Source: an uncultured Deinococcaceae bacterium
Lineage (GTDB): Bacteria; Deinococcota; Deinococci; Deinococcales; Deinococcaceae
Assembly (NCBI GenBank): GCA_964252075.1
Contig: CAXULY010000005.1
Span: forward strand, 1-64,000
Reading direction: 5' to 3'
Length of the DNA stretch: 64,000 bases
Shown here: in pieces, positions 11,478 to 24,183 of the stretch
Layout of the letters: the number at the start of each line of letters is the position of its first letter
Position numbering within the stretch: position 1 is the stretch's first letter
Program-made: the position numbers and the translations under genes
The notes under the pieces: generated by a model
Told to the model about the DNA's origin: nothing
What the model saw: only the letters and a program-made list of their open reading frames with translations
Database searches by the model: none

Positions 11478-12761
11478 TTACACTTCCAGCAGCATGCGCG
11501 CGGGATCCTCCAGCGCGTTCTTGATGCTCACCAGGAAGCGCACCGCCTCCGAGCCGTCAATGATGCGGTGGTCGTAGCTGAGCGCGACGTACATCATGGG
11601 GCGCGCCACGATCTGCCCGCCCTCCACAATGGGCCGCTCAATGATGTTGTGCATGCCCAGGATGGCGCTCTGCGGCGCGTTCAGGATGGGTGTGCTCATC
11701 ATGGAGCCGAAGGTGCCCCCATTCGTGATTGAGAAGGTCCCGCCGGACATCTCCTCCAGGCTCAGCTTGCCGTTCTTGGCCTTCTGCGCGAACTCCGCGA
11801 TCTTCTTCTCAATGTCCGCGAGGCTCAGGCTGTCCGTGTCGCGCAGGATCGGCACAACCAGGCCGCGCTCGGAGGCCACCGCGATGCCGATGTCGAAGAA
11901 GCCATGGTAGATGATGTCCTTGCCGTCCACGCTGGCGTTGATGACCGGGAACTGCTTGAGGGCCTCGGTCGCCGCGCGCACGAAGAAGCTCATGAAGCCG
12001 AGCTTCACGCCGTGCTTCGCCACGAAGGCGTCCTGGTACTTCTTGCGCAGGTCCATGACGGGCTTCATGTTGATCTCGTTGAAGGTCGTCAGGATCGCGG
12101 CGGTGTTCTGCACGTCCTTCAGGCGCTCCGCGATGCGCGCGCGGATGCGCGTCATGGGGACGCGCTGCTCGCTGCGCGGACCACTCGGCACGGGCGTGCT
12201 GGGGGCGGGGGTGGGCGCCTTGAACTGCTGCGCGGCCTCCGGCTGCGCCTGCGCGCTCAGGGCGGGCGGCGCCGCCTCGCTCTGCGGGCCCTGATACGTC
12301 AGGCCGCCCTGCATGGCGGTGATCACGTCACCCTTGGTGATGTTGCCGCGCGGGCCGGTCGCCTCAATCTGGCCGGGGTTCAGGCCGGACTCTGCCACCA
12401 GCTTGCGAACGGCGGGGGAGAGGTCACCCTGCGCCTGCGCGGGCGCGCTCACGTCCGCGACGGGGCCCGCCGCGGGGTCCGGCGCCGCCTGCTGCGCCGC
12501 GACGGGCGCCCCCACCGCCTGCGCGCCGCCCTCGCCGAGCTGCCCGATGACCTGCTCGCTGACGACGGTATCGCCCTCGTTCGCGCTCACGCCGCCCAGC
12601 ACGCCGTCCTGGAGCGCCGTGACCTCCAGCACCACCTTGTCCGTCTCGATCTCGGCCAGCACCTCGCCGCGCTTGACCGCCTCCCCGGGCTTCTTGTGCC
12701 ACGCGAGCAGGGTGCCCTCGCTGACCGATTCGCTGAAGACTGGTACCTTGATGTCCGCCAT
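11478..12761 (-). CDS. sucB: 2-oxoglutarate dehydrogenase E2 (dihydrolipoyl succinyltransferase)
   Basis: Lipoyl ETDKV, E3-binding domain, [11 protein letters not shown]. Confidence 0.96.
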   Translation of the reverse strand: MADIKVPVFSESVSEGTLLAWHKKPGEAVKRGEVLAEIETDKVVLEVTALQDGVLGGVSANEGDTVVSEQVIGQLGEGGAQAVGAPVAAQQAAPDPAAGPVADVSAPAQAQGDLSPAVRKLVAESGLNPGQIEATGPRGNITKGDVITAMQGGLTYQGPQSEAAPPALSAQAQPEAAQQFKAPTPAPSTPVPSGPRSEQRVPMTRIRARIAERLKDVQNTAAILTTFNEINMKPVMDLRKKYQDAFVAKHGVKLGFMSFFVRAATEALKQFPVINASVDGKDIIYHGFFDIGIAVASERGLVVPILRDTDSLSLADIEKKIAEFAQKAKNGKLSLEEMSGGTFSITNGGTFGSMMSTPILNAPQSAILGMHNIIERPIVEGGQIVARPMMYVALSYDHRIIDGSEAVRFLVSIKNALEDPARMLLEV

Positions 12762-12807
12762 AACCGCTCCTTTATACCGCCTGCCCGGGCACGTCCTCGG
12801 AAAGGCA

Positions 12808-12840
12808 GCAAAAAACCCCCGGCCTTGCGGACCGGGGGTG
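12808..12840 (-). terminator. Terminator-like hairpin between sucA and sucB
   Basis: Minus strand ACCCCCGG-TCCGCAAGG-CCGGGGG followed by a T run. Confidence 0.6.
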
Positions 12841-12845
12841 TGTGC

Positions 12846-15638
<2,793 letters not shown>

Positions 15639-15919
15639 CGCACCTTTCAGCATAGCGCTCCCCTCATGACCGAGTGTGGCCGGAAGCTGAAGGCGCGTTC
15701 CTGCGTCGGGGACAAGTCGCCCCGGCGTTCAGAAAAGTGCCCTCAGGGGCGCCTGACATATGAGTGACATGTAAGAGTTATGTGACGTATTCGCCATTAG
15801 CCTGCAGTCAGCATTGAGTCCCTGAGGGCCTGCCCGCCGCGCTGGCGCCGTCCGGAACTGAACGGTCCACCGTCCAGTTGTTCTCAGCCTGCTCATTTCA
15901 CCCTGCAAGGAGTCCCACC

Positions 15920-16276
15920 GTGGCCCACATTCTGATCGTTGATGATTCGCCCGCCGACCTGAAGTTCATGGAGAGCATCCTGACCGGCCAGCACGCCGTG
16001 ACCGCCGTGAACGACCCCATGACGGTGGAGGCGCGCGCCCTCGCGGCCCGCCCCGATCTGGTCCTGCTAGACGTCGTGATGCCCGAGCGCAACGGCTACG
16101 AGGTGCTGCGCGCCCTCAAGCGCCAGAGCGGCACCCAGAACCTGAAGGTCATCTTCGTGTCCAGCAAGGGCGCCGACACCGACGTGAAGTGGGGGCTGCG
16201 CCAGGGCGCGGTGGATTACCTCGTGAAGCCCTACACCCCGGAACAGGTGCTCCAGACGGTGGCCCGCCACCTGTGA
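15920..16276 (+). CDS. Single-domain response regulator (PilH/CheY-like)
   Basis: IVDDS, LLDVVMP..NGYE, VKP; RBS AAGGAG. Confidence 0.9.
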   Translation: MAHILIVDDSPADLKFMESILTGQHAVTAVNDPMTVEARALAARPDLVLLDVVMPERNGYEVLRALKRQSGTQNLKVIFVSSKGADTDVKWGLRQGAVDYLVKPYTPEQVLQTVARHL

Positions 16277-16677
16277 GCGTCCGCGCCCTGCTGTTCAGCC
16301 TGAGCGGGGCGCGCCTCGCGGTTCCCGCCACGGCCAGCCGAGAGGTTTTCGTTCCGGGCGCGCTCACGCCCCTGCCCGCCGCCGGGGCACTGCTGGGCCT
16401 CACCAGCGTGCGCGGCCGCGCCGTGCCCCTCATCGACCTGTCGGCGCTGCTTGAGCTGCCCGCCGCCCCCACCGACCAGGCCCTGCTCCTTGAGGTGGAC
16501 GGCGAGCGCCTGGCCGTCCCGGTGCAGACCGTGCAGGGCTTCGCGGACCTCACCCCGCCCAGCGCGGACGGCGCCCTCACCAGCGACACCCTGCTGGACG
16601 GAACGCCCGTCCGCCTGCTGCAGCTTCCGGTCCTGACCCAGGCCATCCGCGCCCGCCTCGCGTTCCAGGCGTCCTAG
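16273..16677 (+). CDS. CheW-like adaptor
   Basis: [21 protein letters not shown] overlap. Confidence 0.8.
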   Translation: MSVRALLFSLSGARLAVPATASREVFVPGALTPLPAAGALLGLTSVRGRAVPLIDLSALLELPAAPTDQALLLEVDGERLAVPVQTVQGFADLTPPSADGALTSDTLLDGTPVRLLQLPVLTQAIRARLAFQAS

Positions 16678-16687
16678 GAGAACCGTC

Positions 16688-18922
16688 ATGCAATCGAACC
16701 TGAATGTGGCCCTGCCCGCCGTGAAGGCGCGCGCCGCCGCCCGCACCCCCTTCCTGGCCCGCCTGCGCGTGAGCCACAAGCTCACGCTGGCCGCCCTGGC
16801 GCTCGGCGTGCCCAGCGTGGGGCTGGTGTACCTGCTCGCCAACCAGCAGCAGAAGGACATCAACGTGGCTCGCCAGGAGATGTCCGGCGACACCGCCCTG
16901 CGCGTCCTCGGGGACCTCCAGACGCACATCGAGGCCTTCAGCGCGCAGGCGCACCGTGAGCGCCTCGCAGGCAGCACCAACACCAGCGCCAGCGCCGCGC
17001 TCGCCGCGCGCGTGGACGCGGACCTGAAGGTCCTCGCCGGTGAGGCGCAGGGCCTGAACTTCACCAAGGACGCCGAGGACCTGCAGTCCGCCTGGGCCAG
17101 CTTCCGCGAGGGCGTCGGCACGGCCTTCCCGCAGCAGGTGGCGTCCGACTACAGCGACCTCATCGAGGAGCACGTGCACGAGATCGTGGACGTGCTCGGC
17201 AACAGCAGCGGCGTGATCCTCGACCCGGAACTGGCCAGTTACTACACCGGCACGGTGCTCATCAACGTCCTGCCGGACCTGCGGGAGTACATCGGCGAGT
17301 CGCGCCTGAACACCGCGTGGGCCGTGCAGAACAAGGGCGCCAGTGACGTCCGCGACGAGCTGCGCGACGCGGTCTCGAACGGCCGCACGCAGCTGGAGGA
17401 GCTGGGCGTGGCCCTCGGCTACGCCAGCGACGCCGACAGCGTTCTGGCCGAGCGCCTCAAGCCCTTGCTGAACGCCCTGAACGTCAGCGCGGGCAGTTAC
17501 CTGGACGCCCTGAACGCCTACGAACTCTCGGGCGGCAAGTCCGGACTGACCGCCGCCCACCTGAACGAACTGGCGAACGCCGTGCAGACGGACGCCGCCG
17601 CCCTGAACAAGGCCGCCACCGACCAGTTGCAGCGCCTGCTGCAGGACCGCGTGGACCGCACCGAGCGCTCCCGGCTGCTCACCCTGGGCATCGTGGCGCT
17701 GGTGCTGCTGGCGGCCTTCGCGCTGCTGGCCCTCATCGTGCGGCAGATCACGGGCCCGCTGGGTGAACTGACGGGCGCCGCCCGCCGACTCTCGGAAGGG
17801 CAGCTGAACGTCACAGTGCCCGTCCGCACGCAGGACGAGGTGGGCGTGGTGGCCGAGACCTTCAACGGCGCCGTCGCCAGGCTGCGCGAGAACGAGCAGA
17901 AGAACGAACGCGAGCGTGAGGAAGCGCAGAAGCTGCAGGGCAACATCGGGCAGTTCCTGGACGTCACCATGGACATCGCCGAGGGTGACCTCACGCGCCG
18001 CGGCACCGTCACGGAAGACGTGCTGGGCAACGTGGTGGACTCCATCAACCTGATGGTGGAGGAACTCGCGCAGGTGCTCCGCGACGTGCAGGCCGCGAGC
18101 AGCTCGGTGAACCAGGGCTCCCGCTCGGTGCTCTCCACCACCGACCTCGTCGCGCAGGGCGCTGAGCAGACCACGCAGGGCGCGCGCGAGGTGAGCGGCC
18201 AGATGCAGGAGGTGACGCGCGCCATCCGCGAGGTCGCGCAGAGCGCGCAGGACAGCGCGCAGGCGGCCATTCAGGCCCTGAGCGCCTCCGAGCAGGGCCA
18301 GCAGGCCGTGCAGGACACCCTGGCGGGCATGCAGAACATCCGCCGAGAGGTGCAGGGCGTCGCGAAGCGCATCAAGAGCCTCGGCGAGCGCTCCCTGGAG
18401 ATTCAGGAGATCGTGGACACCATCTCGCGCATCTCCAGCCAGACGAACCTGCTGGCGCTGAACGCCGCCATTGAGGCGGCGGGCGCGGGCGAGGCCGGCA
18501 GCCGCTTCGCGATCGTCGCGGACGAGGTCCGCAAGCTCGCGGACAGCTCCGCGCAGGCCACCGCGCGCATCGCGGGCCTCATCAAGAACGTGCAGGCCGA
18601 AATTCAGGAGGTGACCGCCTCCGTGGAGGACGGCACCCGCGAGGTGGAGCAGGGCTACCGCGTGGCGGGCACCGCCGGTGAGCGTCTGCGCGACCTGGGG
18701 GAGCTGGCGCGGCAGTCCGCGACGCTCGCCGGACGCATCAGCGAGACCACCGGCGCGCAGGTGGGCCGCGTGGAGCAGGCGAGCGGCGCCATGCAGCGCA
18801 TCGCGCAGGTGGCGGAAGGCTCACGCGCCTCCGTCGCCGCGGGCCGCGAGGCCGCCGAGCAGCTGGGCCAGCTCGCGGAGCAGCTGGACGCGTCCCTCTC
18901 CCGCTTCCGCCTCCCGTCGTAA
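16688..18922 (+). CDS. Methyl-accepting chemotaxis protein (PilJ-like)
   Basis: Two TM segments, [18 protein letters not shown] signalling tip. Confidence 0.93.
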   Translation: MQSNLNVALPAVKARAAARTPFLARLRVSHKLTLAALALGVPSVGLVYLLANQQQKDINVARQEMSGDTALRVLGDLQTHIEAFSAQAHRERLAGSTNTSASAALAARVDADLKVLAGEAQGLNFTKDAEDLQSAWASFREGVGTAFPQQVASDYSDLIEEHVHEIVDVLGNSSGVILDPELASYYTGTVLINVLPDLREYIGESRLNTAWAVQNKGASDVRDELRDAVSNGRTQLEELGVALGYASDADSVLAERLKPLLNALNVSAGSYLDALNAYELSGGKSGLTAAHLNELANAVQTDAAALNKAATDQLQRLLQDRVDRTERSRLLTLGIVALVLLAAFALLALIVRQITGPLGELTGAARRLSEGQLNVTVPVRTQDEVGVVAETFNGAVARLRENEQKNEREREEAQKLQGNIGQFLDVTMDIAEGDLTRRGTVTEDVLGNVVDSINLMVEELAQVLRDVQAASSSVNQGSRSVLSTTDLVAQGAEQTTQGAREVSGQMQEVTRAIREVAQSAQDSAQAAIQALSASEQGQQAVQDTLAGMQNIRREVQGVAKRIKSLGERSLEIQEIVDTISRISSQTNLLALNAAIEAAGAGEAGSRFAIVADEVRKLADSSAQATARIAGLIKNVQAEIQEVTASVEDGTREVEQGYRVAGTAGERLRDLGELARQSATLAGRISETTGAQVGRVEQASGAMQRIAQVAEGSRASVAAGREAAEQLGQLAEQLDASLSRFRLPS

Positions 18923-18938
18923 AGGTCAGCGGCCCCAC

Positions 18939-21668
18939 GTGAACCCCTCGGAACTGCTGGAAACCTACCTGCAAGACGGCCAGGAGGCGCTCGCGTCCTT
19001 CGCGTCGGCCCTCGCGCGCCTGCGCGCCGGAGACGCGTCAGCGCTGCAGGACCTTGCGGTGCTCGCACACCGCATGAAGGGTACGGGCGCCCTGTACGGC
19101 CACCCGCAGACCGCCCGGCTCGCGGCGCTCGCGGAGCGCCTGCTGGAGTCACGACCCCAGCTGCCCCCGCAGGGCCGCGCCCTCCTGGTGGACGTGCTGG
19201 AGCGCACCGAGGTGTGCCTGCGCTCGGCGCTCGACAACCTCGCGCGCGGGCGCGGCGAGGGCGAATTGGGGCTGGCCTTCGCGCAGATGGGCGGCCCGCA
19301 GGCGCTGCGGGAGCTGCTGCGCCTGCACCCCGAAGCCTTCCGCCCCGTGCATTCCGTGACGGGGGCGGTGCACGGCGCGCCCGACGCGTCACCCGGCGCC
19401 GCGCTGCCCGCCTTCAAACTCGCGAACGAGGACGTGTGGGAGTACTTCGCGCCGGAGGTGCGCGAGCACCTCGAGGCCCTACGCGCCGGGCTGGATGACG
19501 GCGGGACCGAGGCGCTCAGCGTGATGTTCCGCGCGGCGCACACCATCAAGGGCTCCAGTTACATGGTGGGCCTGCCCCTGCTCGGGGACCTCGCCCACGG
19601 CCTGGAGGACCTCATGACGGCCGTGCGCGACGGCCAGCTGCCGCTCGCGGGCCGCGCGCAGGGGCTGCTGCAGGAGGGCGCCGCCCTGTGCGAGCGCGTG
19701 CTCGCGGCGGCGGAGGGCGCCCCCGGCGATCTGGACGCGCCCCTCGCGGCGCTGCGGGCGCGCGTAGCGGCGCTGCTGGCCGGCGACCCCGAACCGGAGA
19801 CCGCGCCCGCCCCCGAGGCGCCCGCGCCCACCGCACCGGTCGCCCCGGCGCGCCAGACGGTGCGGGTCGGCGTGGACACGCTGGACGCGGTGATGGACCT
19901 GGTGGGTGAACTGGTGTCGGCCCGCGCCCGCCTGGAGGGCGTCACAATGCGCCTGGAGGCGCTGGAAGCCAGTCTTGCCGCGAGTCACGAGCGCGTACAG
20001 CGGCAGGTGCGCGACTTCGAGGAGCGCTACCTGAACCCCGACATGGCCCGCGCGGACACCCCCGAGCTGCCGGATGAAGCGTCGGGCGGCCTGCGCCGCT
20101 CGGTGGGCGAACTGTTCGCGGACCTGGAGCTCGACAGTTACAACGACCTGAACATCCTGGCGCGCGCCGTGACGGAACTCAGCGCCGACCTCGGCGAGCT
20201 GCGCGGACAGTACGCGGGCGGTCTGGAAGACCTGCGTGGCGAGCAGGAGTCCCTGGGCAAGCTGCTGCGCCGCCTGCGCGCCTCCGTGAGCCGCACGCGG
20301 CACGTGCCGTTCGAGCAGGCGCTCACGCGCGTGCGCCGCTGGGCGCGCGGTCGTCCCGAATTGAACCTCAGCGTGCAGGGTGAGGGCGTGCAGGTGGACG
20401 CCTTTGTGGCCGAGGCGCTCGCCGAGGCGCTGCTGCACCTCGCCACGAACGCACTGGTGCACGGCCTGGACAGCGCGGAGAGCCGCGCCGCGCTCGCCAA
20501 GCCGGCGGCCCTCACGCTCGATGTGCGGGCGCGGGCGCGCGGGCGTTTCCTGGAAGTGGAGGTCAGCGACGACGGCCGCGGCCTGAACCTCAGCGCGGTG
20601 CGCGCGCAGGCCCTCGCGCGCGGCCTGCGCTCCGCACGTGAACTGCAGGACATGACGGACGAGGACGCCGCGCGCCTGATCTTCCTGCCGGGCCTCTCCA
20701 CCGCCGCCGCCGTCACGGGCGAAGCGGGGCGCGGCGTGGGCATGGACGTCGTCGCGGCGCGCCTGCGGCGACTGGGCGGTGAGGTGCGCGTGGTCAGCAC
20801 GCCGCGCCTCGGCACACGCTTCACGCTGCGCGTGCCGCTCGACCAGCAGGTCGGCGAGGTGCTCGTCACGCGCGTCGGACCGCACCCGCTGGGCTTTATG
20901 GGCGCCGCCGTGCGCCGCCTGCTGGAACTCAGTCCCCACGACCTCACCCGCGACGGCGGCGTGGAGCGCCTCCCGGACGGCACGCCCCTCGTCCGCCTGC
21001 AGGAATTGTGGGGCACCCCCGTGGACCTGCACGCGCCCGTGCGGGTGGTGCTGGCCGACAGCGCCTCCGGCCCGCTGGCCTTCGCGGTGGACCGCCTGGA
21101 GCGCCTGCAGGAAGGCGTGATCCAGCAGCCGGACGGCCTGCTGGGCAGCCTCGGCTACCTCGCGGGCACCAGCGTGGACGCCACCGGCGCGGTGCTGCCG
21201 CTGCTGGACCCCGCCGGAACCGCCCGGCTCGCCGGACGGACGGCAGCAGCCCCGCACGCCCAGCCGGGCGCCACACCCACCGCGCGCGGCGCGCGGGTGC
21301 TGCTTACCGACGACTCCATCAGCGTGCGCCGCGCGGTGGCGCGCATGCTGGAACGTGGCGGCTGGCAGGTCGAGACCGCGCAGGACGGCCAGGCCGCCCT
21401 GGACCTGCTGCAGCGCGACCCGCACTTCGACCTGCTGCTCACGGACCTGGAGATGCCGCGCGTCAACGGCTTCGAGCTGATCGAGGAGCTGCGCCGCCGC
21501 GAGGGCACCCGCGACCTCCCCATCGTCGTCATGACCACCCGCGCCGGTGAGAAGCACCAGCAGCTCGCCTTCGCGCTGGGCGCCAGCGACTACTTCAGCA
21601 AACCCGTGGATGAAACCTCCCTGCTGCGCCGCCTGAGCGGTCTGGCGGGCCGGGTGCCGATCGGATAG
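18939..21668 (+). CDS. Hybrid CheA/ChpA kinase (2 HPt, HATPase, CheW, REC)
   Basis: AHRMKG, AHTIKG, TNALVHG, DDGRG, GRGVGMDVV, C-terminal TDLEMP receiver. Confidence 0.92.
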   Translation: MNPSELLETYLQDGQEALASFASALARLRAGDASALQDLAVLAHRMKGTGALYGHPQTARLAALAERLLESRPQLPPQGRALLVDVLERTEVCLRSALDNLARGRGEGELGLAFAQMGGPQALRELLRLHPEAFRPVHSVTGAVHGAPDASPGAALPAFKLANEDVWEYFAPEVREHLEALRAGLDDGGTEALSVMFRAAHTIKGSSYMVGLPLLGDLAHGLEDLMTAVRDGQLPLAGRAQGLLQEGAALCERVLAAAEGAPGDLDAPLAALRARVAALLAGDPEPETAPAPEAPAPTAPVAPARQTVRVGVDTLDAVMDLVGELVSARARLEGVTMRLEALEASLAASHERVQRQVRDFEERYLNPDMARADTPELPDEASGGLRRSVGELFADLELDSYNDLNILARAVTELSADLGELRGQYAGGLEDLRGEQESLGKLLRRLRASVSRTRHVPFEQALTRVRRWARGRPELNLSVQGEGVQVDAFVAEALAEALLHLATNALVHGLDSAESRAALAKPAALTLDVRARARGRFLEVEVSDDGRGLNLSAVRAQALARGLRSARELQDMTDEDAARLIFLPGLSTAAAVTGEAGRGVGMDVVAARLRRLGGEVRVVSTPRLGTRFTLRVPLDQQVGEVLVTRVGPHPLGFMGAAVRRLLELSPHDLTRDGGVERLPDGTPLVRLQELWGTPVDLHAPVRVVLADSASGPLAFAVDRLERLQEGVIQQPDGLLGSLGYLAGTSVDATGAVLPLLDPAGTARLAGRTAAAPHAQPGATPTARGARVLLTDDSISVRRAVARMLERGGWQVETAQDGQAALDLLQRDPHFDLLLTDLEMPRVNGFELIEELRRREGTRDLPIVVMTTRAGEKHQQLAFALGASDYFSKPVDETSLLRRLSGLAGRVPIG

Positions 21669-21671
21669 CTT

Positions 21672-22382
21672 GTGCAGGACGTGCTCCTCGTTCTCGCCGA
21701 CCCCGTGCGCCGCGCCACGGTGTCCGTGCTGCTGCAGGCGGCCGGACTGCCCGTGCTGGCCGCCGAGGGTGGCCTGCACGCGCTCACGCAGATTGAACGG
21801 GTGCGTCCCGCCGCCATCCTGACGGACGACGCCCCCGGCGACCTGAGCGCCGAGGAACTGCACGAGATCGTGCGCAGCGAACCGGACACCGCCAGCCTGC
21901 CCTTCCTGCTGCTCTCCGAGCGCACGCCCGGCTGGCTGAACACCCCGCAGGACCGCGCACTGGAGCCGTGGCGCAGTTCCAGTGAACTCGCGGACGCCCT
22001 CGCGTCCGCGCTGCCCGGCGCGCCCGGCGCGCCGCGCCCGGTGCAGCTGCACGGCACGCTGGAATCCGTGGGCCTCTTCGAGCTCGCGGGCACCATCAGC
22101 GCCATGCGCAAGACCGGCTGCCTCGGCGTGCGCCACGCCGAACGCGAATCCCTGATCATGCTGCGCGGCGGCGACATCACCCACGGCGAGTACAGCGGCG
22201 TGCACGGCGAGGACGCGCTGCTGCGCACCTTCTCCGCCGTGCACAACGCCCCGCAGGCGCACTTCCACTTCGAGCGGCTCCCCACCGAACTCGGTGAGCG
22301 CGTGCCGCAGACCATCCACACCCCCACCGAGCGCCTGCTGCTGGAGCTGGCGGTTCACCTCGACCACGCCACGCACTTCTGA
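21672..22382 (+). CDS. Degenerate receiver + DUF4388/PATAN-like domain protein
   Basis: N-terminal REC-like fold without the canonical acidic pocket; LHGTLESVGLFEL..KTG.L and terminal LLLE pattern. Confidence 0.65.
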   Translation: MQDVLLVLADPVRRATVSVLLQAAGLPVLAAEGGLHALTQIERVRPAAILTDDAPGDLSAEELHEIVRSEPDTASLPFLLLSERTPGWLNTPQDRALEPWRSSSELADALASALPGAPGAPRPVQLHGTLESVGLFELAGTISAMRKTGCLGVRHAERESLIMLRGGDITHGEYSGVHGEDALLRTFSAVHNAPQAHFHFERLPTELGERVPQTIHTPTERLLLELAVHLDHATHF

Positions 22383-22392
22383 AGGAGTCTGT

Positions 22393-23145
22393 ATGCCCAC
22401 CGTCCTCGTCGTTGACGACAGCCTGAGTGTCCGCAAGGCGCTCGAGAAGATCCTCACCCCCCGCCTCACCGTGCACAGCGCCGCGAGTGCCGAAGCGGCC
22501 CTGGAGCACCTGCAGTCCACACCCGCCGACCTCGTCATCGCGGACGTCCTGATGCCCGGCATGAGTGGCTTCGAGCTGTGCCAGCACCTGCGCGGCGAGT
22601 CCGCGCGCCGCGACGTGCCCGTGCTGCTCATCAGCGGCATCGTGGATGACGACGTGCGCGCGCGCAGTGACGAGGTCGGCGCGCGCGCCGTGGTGCGCAA
22701 GCCCTTCACGCCCGACGACCTGCTGCCCCTGGTGGACGCGGCGCTCGCGAGCGCCTGGAGTGTCGTGGAGGAGCCGTCCACGCCCGCCCGTCACGTCGCG
22801 CCGCTCGCCGACCCGCGCCCCCTCCTGAGTGAACTCGCGGAGAAGCCGGGCGTGGTGTGGGCGGGCCTCTTCGACGCGCACGGCGAACTGCTGTCGCAGC
22901 AGGGCCGCCTGAGCAGTGCGTCCGCCATGGGGCGCTACGTGCGGTTCTACCTGGGCACCGCCGCCACCCTCGGGCAGCGCCTGGAGTGCGGCGAGGCGCA
23001 GGCGCTGCAACTGGATTTCGAGGGCCGCACCCTGCTGATTGCGCCGCTCGACCATCACCACGCGCTGGCCTGCCTGCTGGAGGACGCGGGCGGCGTCGGG
23101 CTGGTGAAGTACCTGCTGCGCTCCACGAAGAGCCTCCACGCGTGA
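22393..23145 (+). CDS. Response regulator with a C-terminal Roadblock/LC7-like domain
   Basis: VVDDS, ADVLMPGMSG, RKP; C-terminal PGVVWAGLFDAHGELL...GLV pattern. Confidence 0.7.
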   Translation: MPTVLVVDDSLSVRKALEKILTPRLTVHSAASAEAALEHLQSTPADLVIADVLMPGMSGFELCQHLRGESARRDVPVLLISGIVDDDVRARSDEVGARAVVRKPFTPDDLLPLVDAALASAWSVVEEPSTPARHVAPLADPRPLLSELAEKPGVVWAGLFDAHGELLSQQGRLSSASAMGRYVRFYLGTAATLGQRLECGEAQALQLDFEGRTLLIAPLDHHHALACLLEDAGGVGLVKYLLRSTKSLHA

Positions 23146-23178
23146 GGAGGGGCTGCGACGGCGCAGCCCCTCCTCATG
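23143..23178. terminator. Hairpin after the chemosensory operon
   Basis: TGAGGAGGGGCTGCG-ACGG-CGCAGCCCCTCCTCA. Confidence 0.7.
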
Positions 23179-23248
23179 AAGACGCCCGTCCCTACATCAG
23201 GGGCGGGCGTTTGACTGCTTGTGGTAAATCGGGGCGCTCTCCGGTAGC

Positions 23249-23410
23249 TCAGGCGATGGCTTCGGGAACCCGTTCGAGTGGCCCGTTCTGCTCGGTGCAC
23301 AGCGGATCGGGCGTGAGGTCGGCGTCCGCCGCCTCCGTCCGCGAGGCGGACATTACAGCGGCCATCACGACGACAGACAGACCCGAGGCAAGCAGCACGA
23401 ACGCGATCAT
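23249..23410 (-). CDS. Small single-TM protein (53 aa), not in the ORF track
   Basis: MIAFVLLASGLSVVVMAAVMSASRTEAADADLTPDPLCTEQNGPLERVPEAIA; TACCAT 5 nt before ATG. Confidence 0.55.
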   Translation of the reverse strand: MIAFVLLASGLSVVVMAAVMSASRTEAADADLTPDPLCTEQNGPLERVPEAIA

Positions 23411-23538
23411 GCTTTATGGTACGCACAAAAAACACTCATCAAGCCGAAAATCCAGCATGATGTGCCGCCGCCCGCATCAGTGGTGGGCGCTGGCGCGGGC
23501 GATCTCACCGCGCACCAGCCGCGCGGTATAACCGCCGC

Positions 23539-24102
23539 ATGGCCCGCCTCGCCCACGCCATCGGCTTCGACGACTGTCCCTTTCCGCCCGGCCACCGGGG
23601 AAACGTGCGCGTCGTCGGCTGCGTGTACGCCGGCGCGCGCTTCGACGGCGTGCTGAGTGACCGCGTGCGGCGCGACGGCGCGAACAGCGCGCGCGTCCTC
23701 GCGCGGATGGTGCTGGAGAGCCGCTTTCAGGCGCACCTGCAGCTGATCCTGCTGCAGGGCGTGGCGCTCGCGGGCTTCAACGTCGTGGACGCGCACGCCC
23801 TCAGGCGCCTCACCGGCCTGCCCGTCTTGATCGTCGCCCGCCGGCAACCGGACTACGCCGCCGTGCGCCGCGCGCTGCTCACACGCGTGCCTGGTGGCGC
23901 GCGCAAGTGGCGGCTCATCGAGCGCCTCGGCGCGATGGAGGCCGTGGGGGACGCTTGGGTGCAGCGCGTCGGGCTGAGCCGCGACGACGCCGCCGAGGTG
24001 CTCACGCGTTTCAGCGTTAACGGGCACATCCCCGAGCCGCTGCGCGCCGCGCACCTCATCGCGGGCGGCATCACCACCGGGCACTCCCGCGGACGCACGT
24101 GA
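23539..24102 (+). CDS. DUF99 family protein (endonuclease V-like fold)
   Basis: IGFDD, RDG, GVALAGFNVVD, IPEPLRAAHLIA. Confidence 0.85.
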   Translation: MARLAHAIGFDDCPFPPGHRGNVRVVGCVYAGARFDGVLSDRVRRDGANSARVLARMVLESRFQAHLQLILLQGVALAGFNVVDAHALRRLTGLPVLIVARRQPDYAAVRRALLTRVPGGARKWRLIERLGAMEAVGDAWVQRVGLSRDDAAEVLTRFSVNGHIPEPLRAAHLIAGGITTGHSRGRT

Positions 24103-24183
24103 AGCGGAGTTCCAGCAGAACGTGAAGGGGCGGCGGGAAGATGACCCGAACGCCCCGCGTGCACGCCGACCTAGAATGCCCGC

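Noticed and set aside
19479..22781. 1100-aa minus-strand ORF
   Set aside because: Antisense to the cheA operon; no recognisable motifs.
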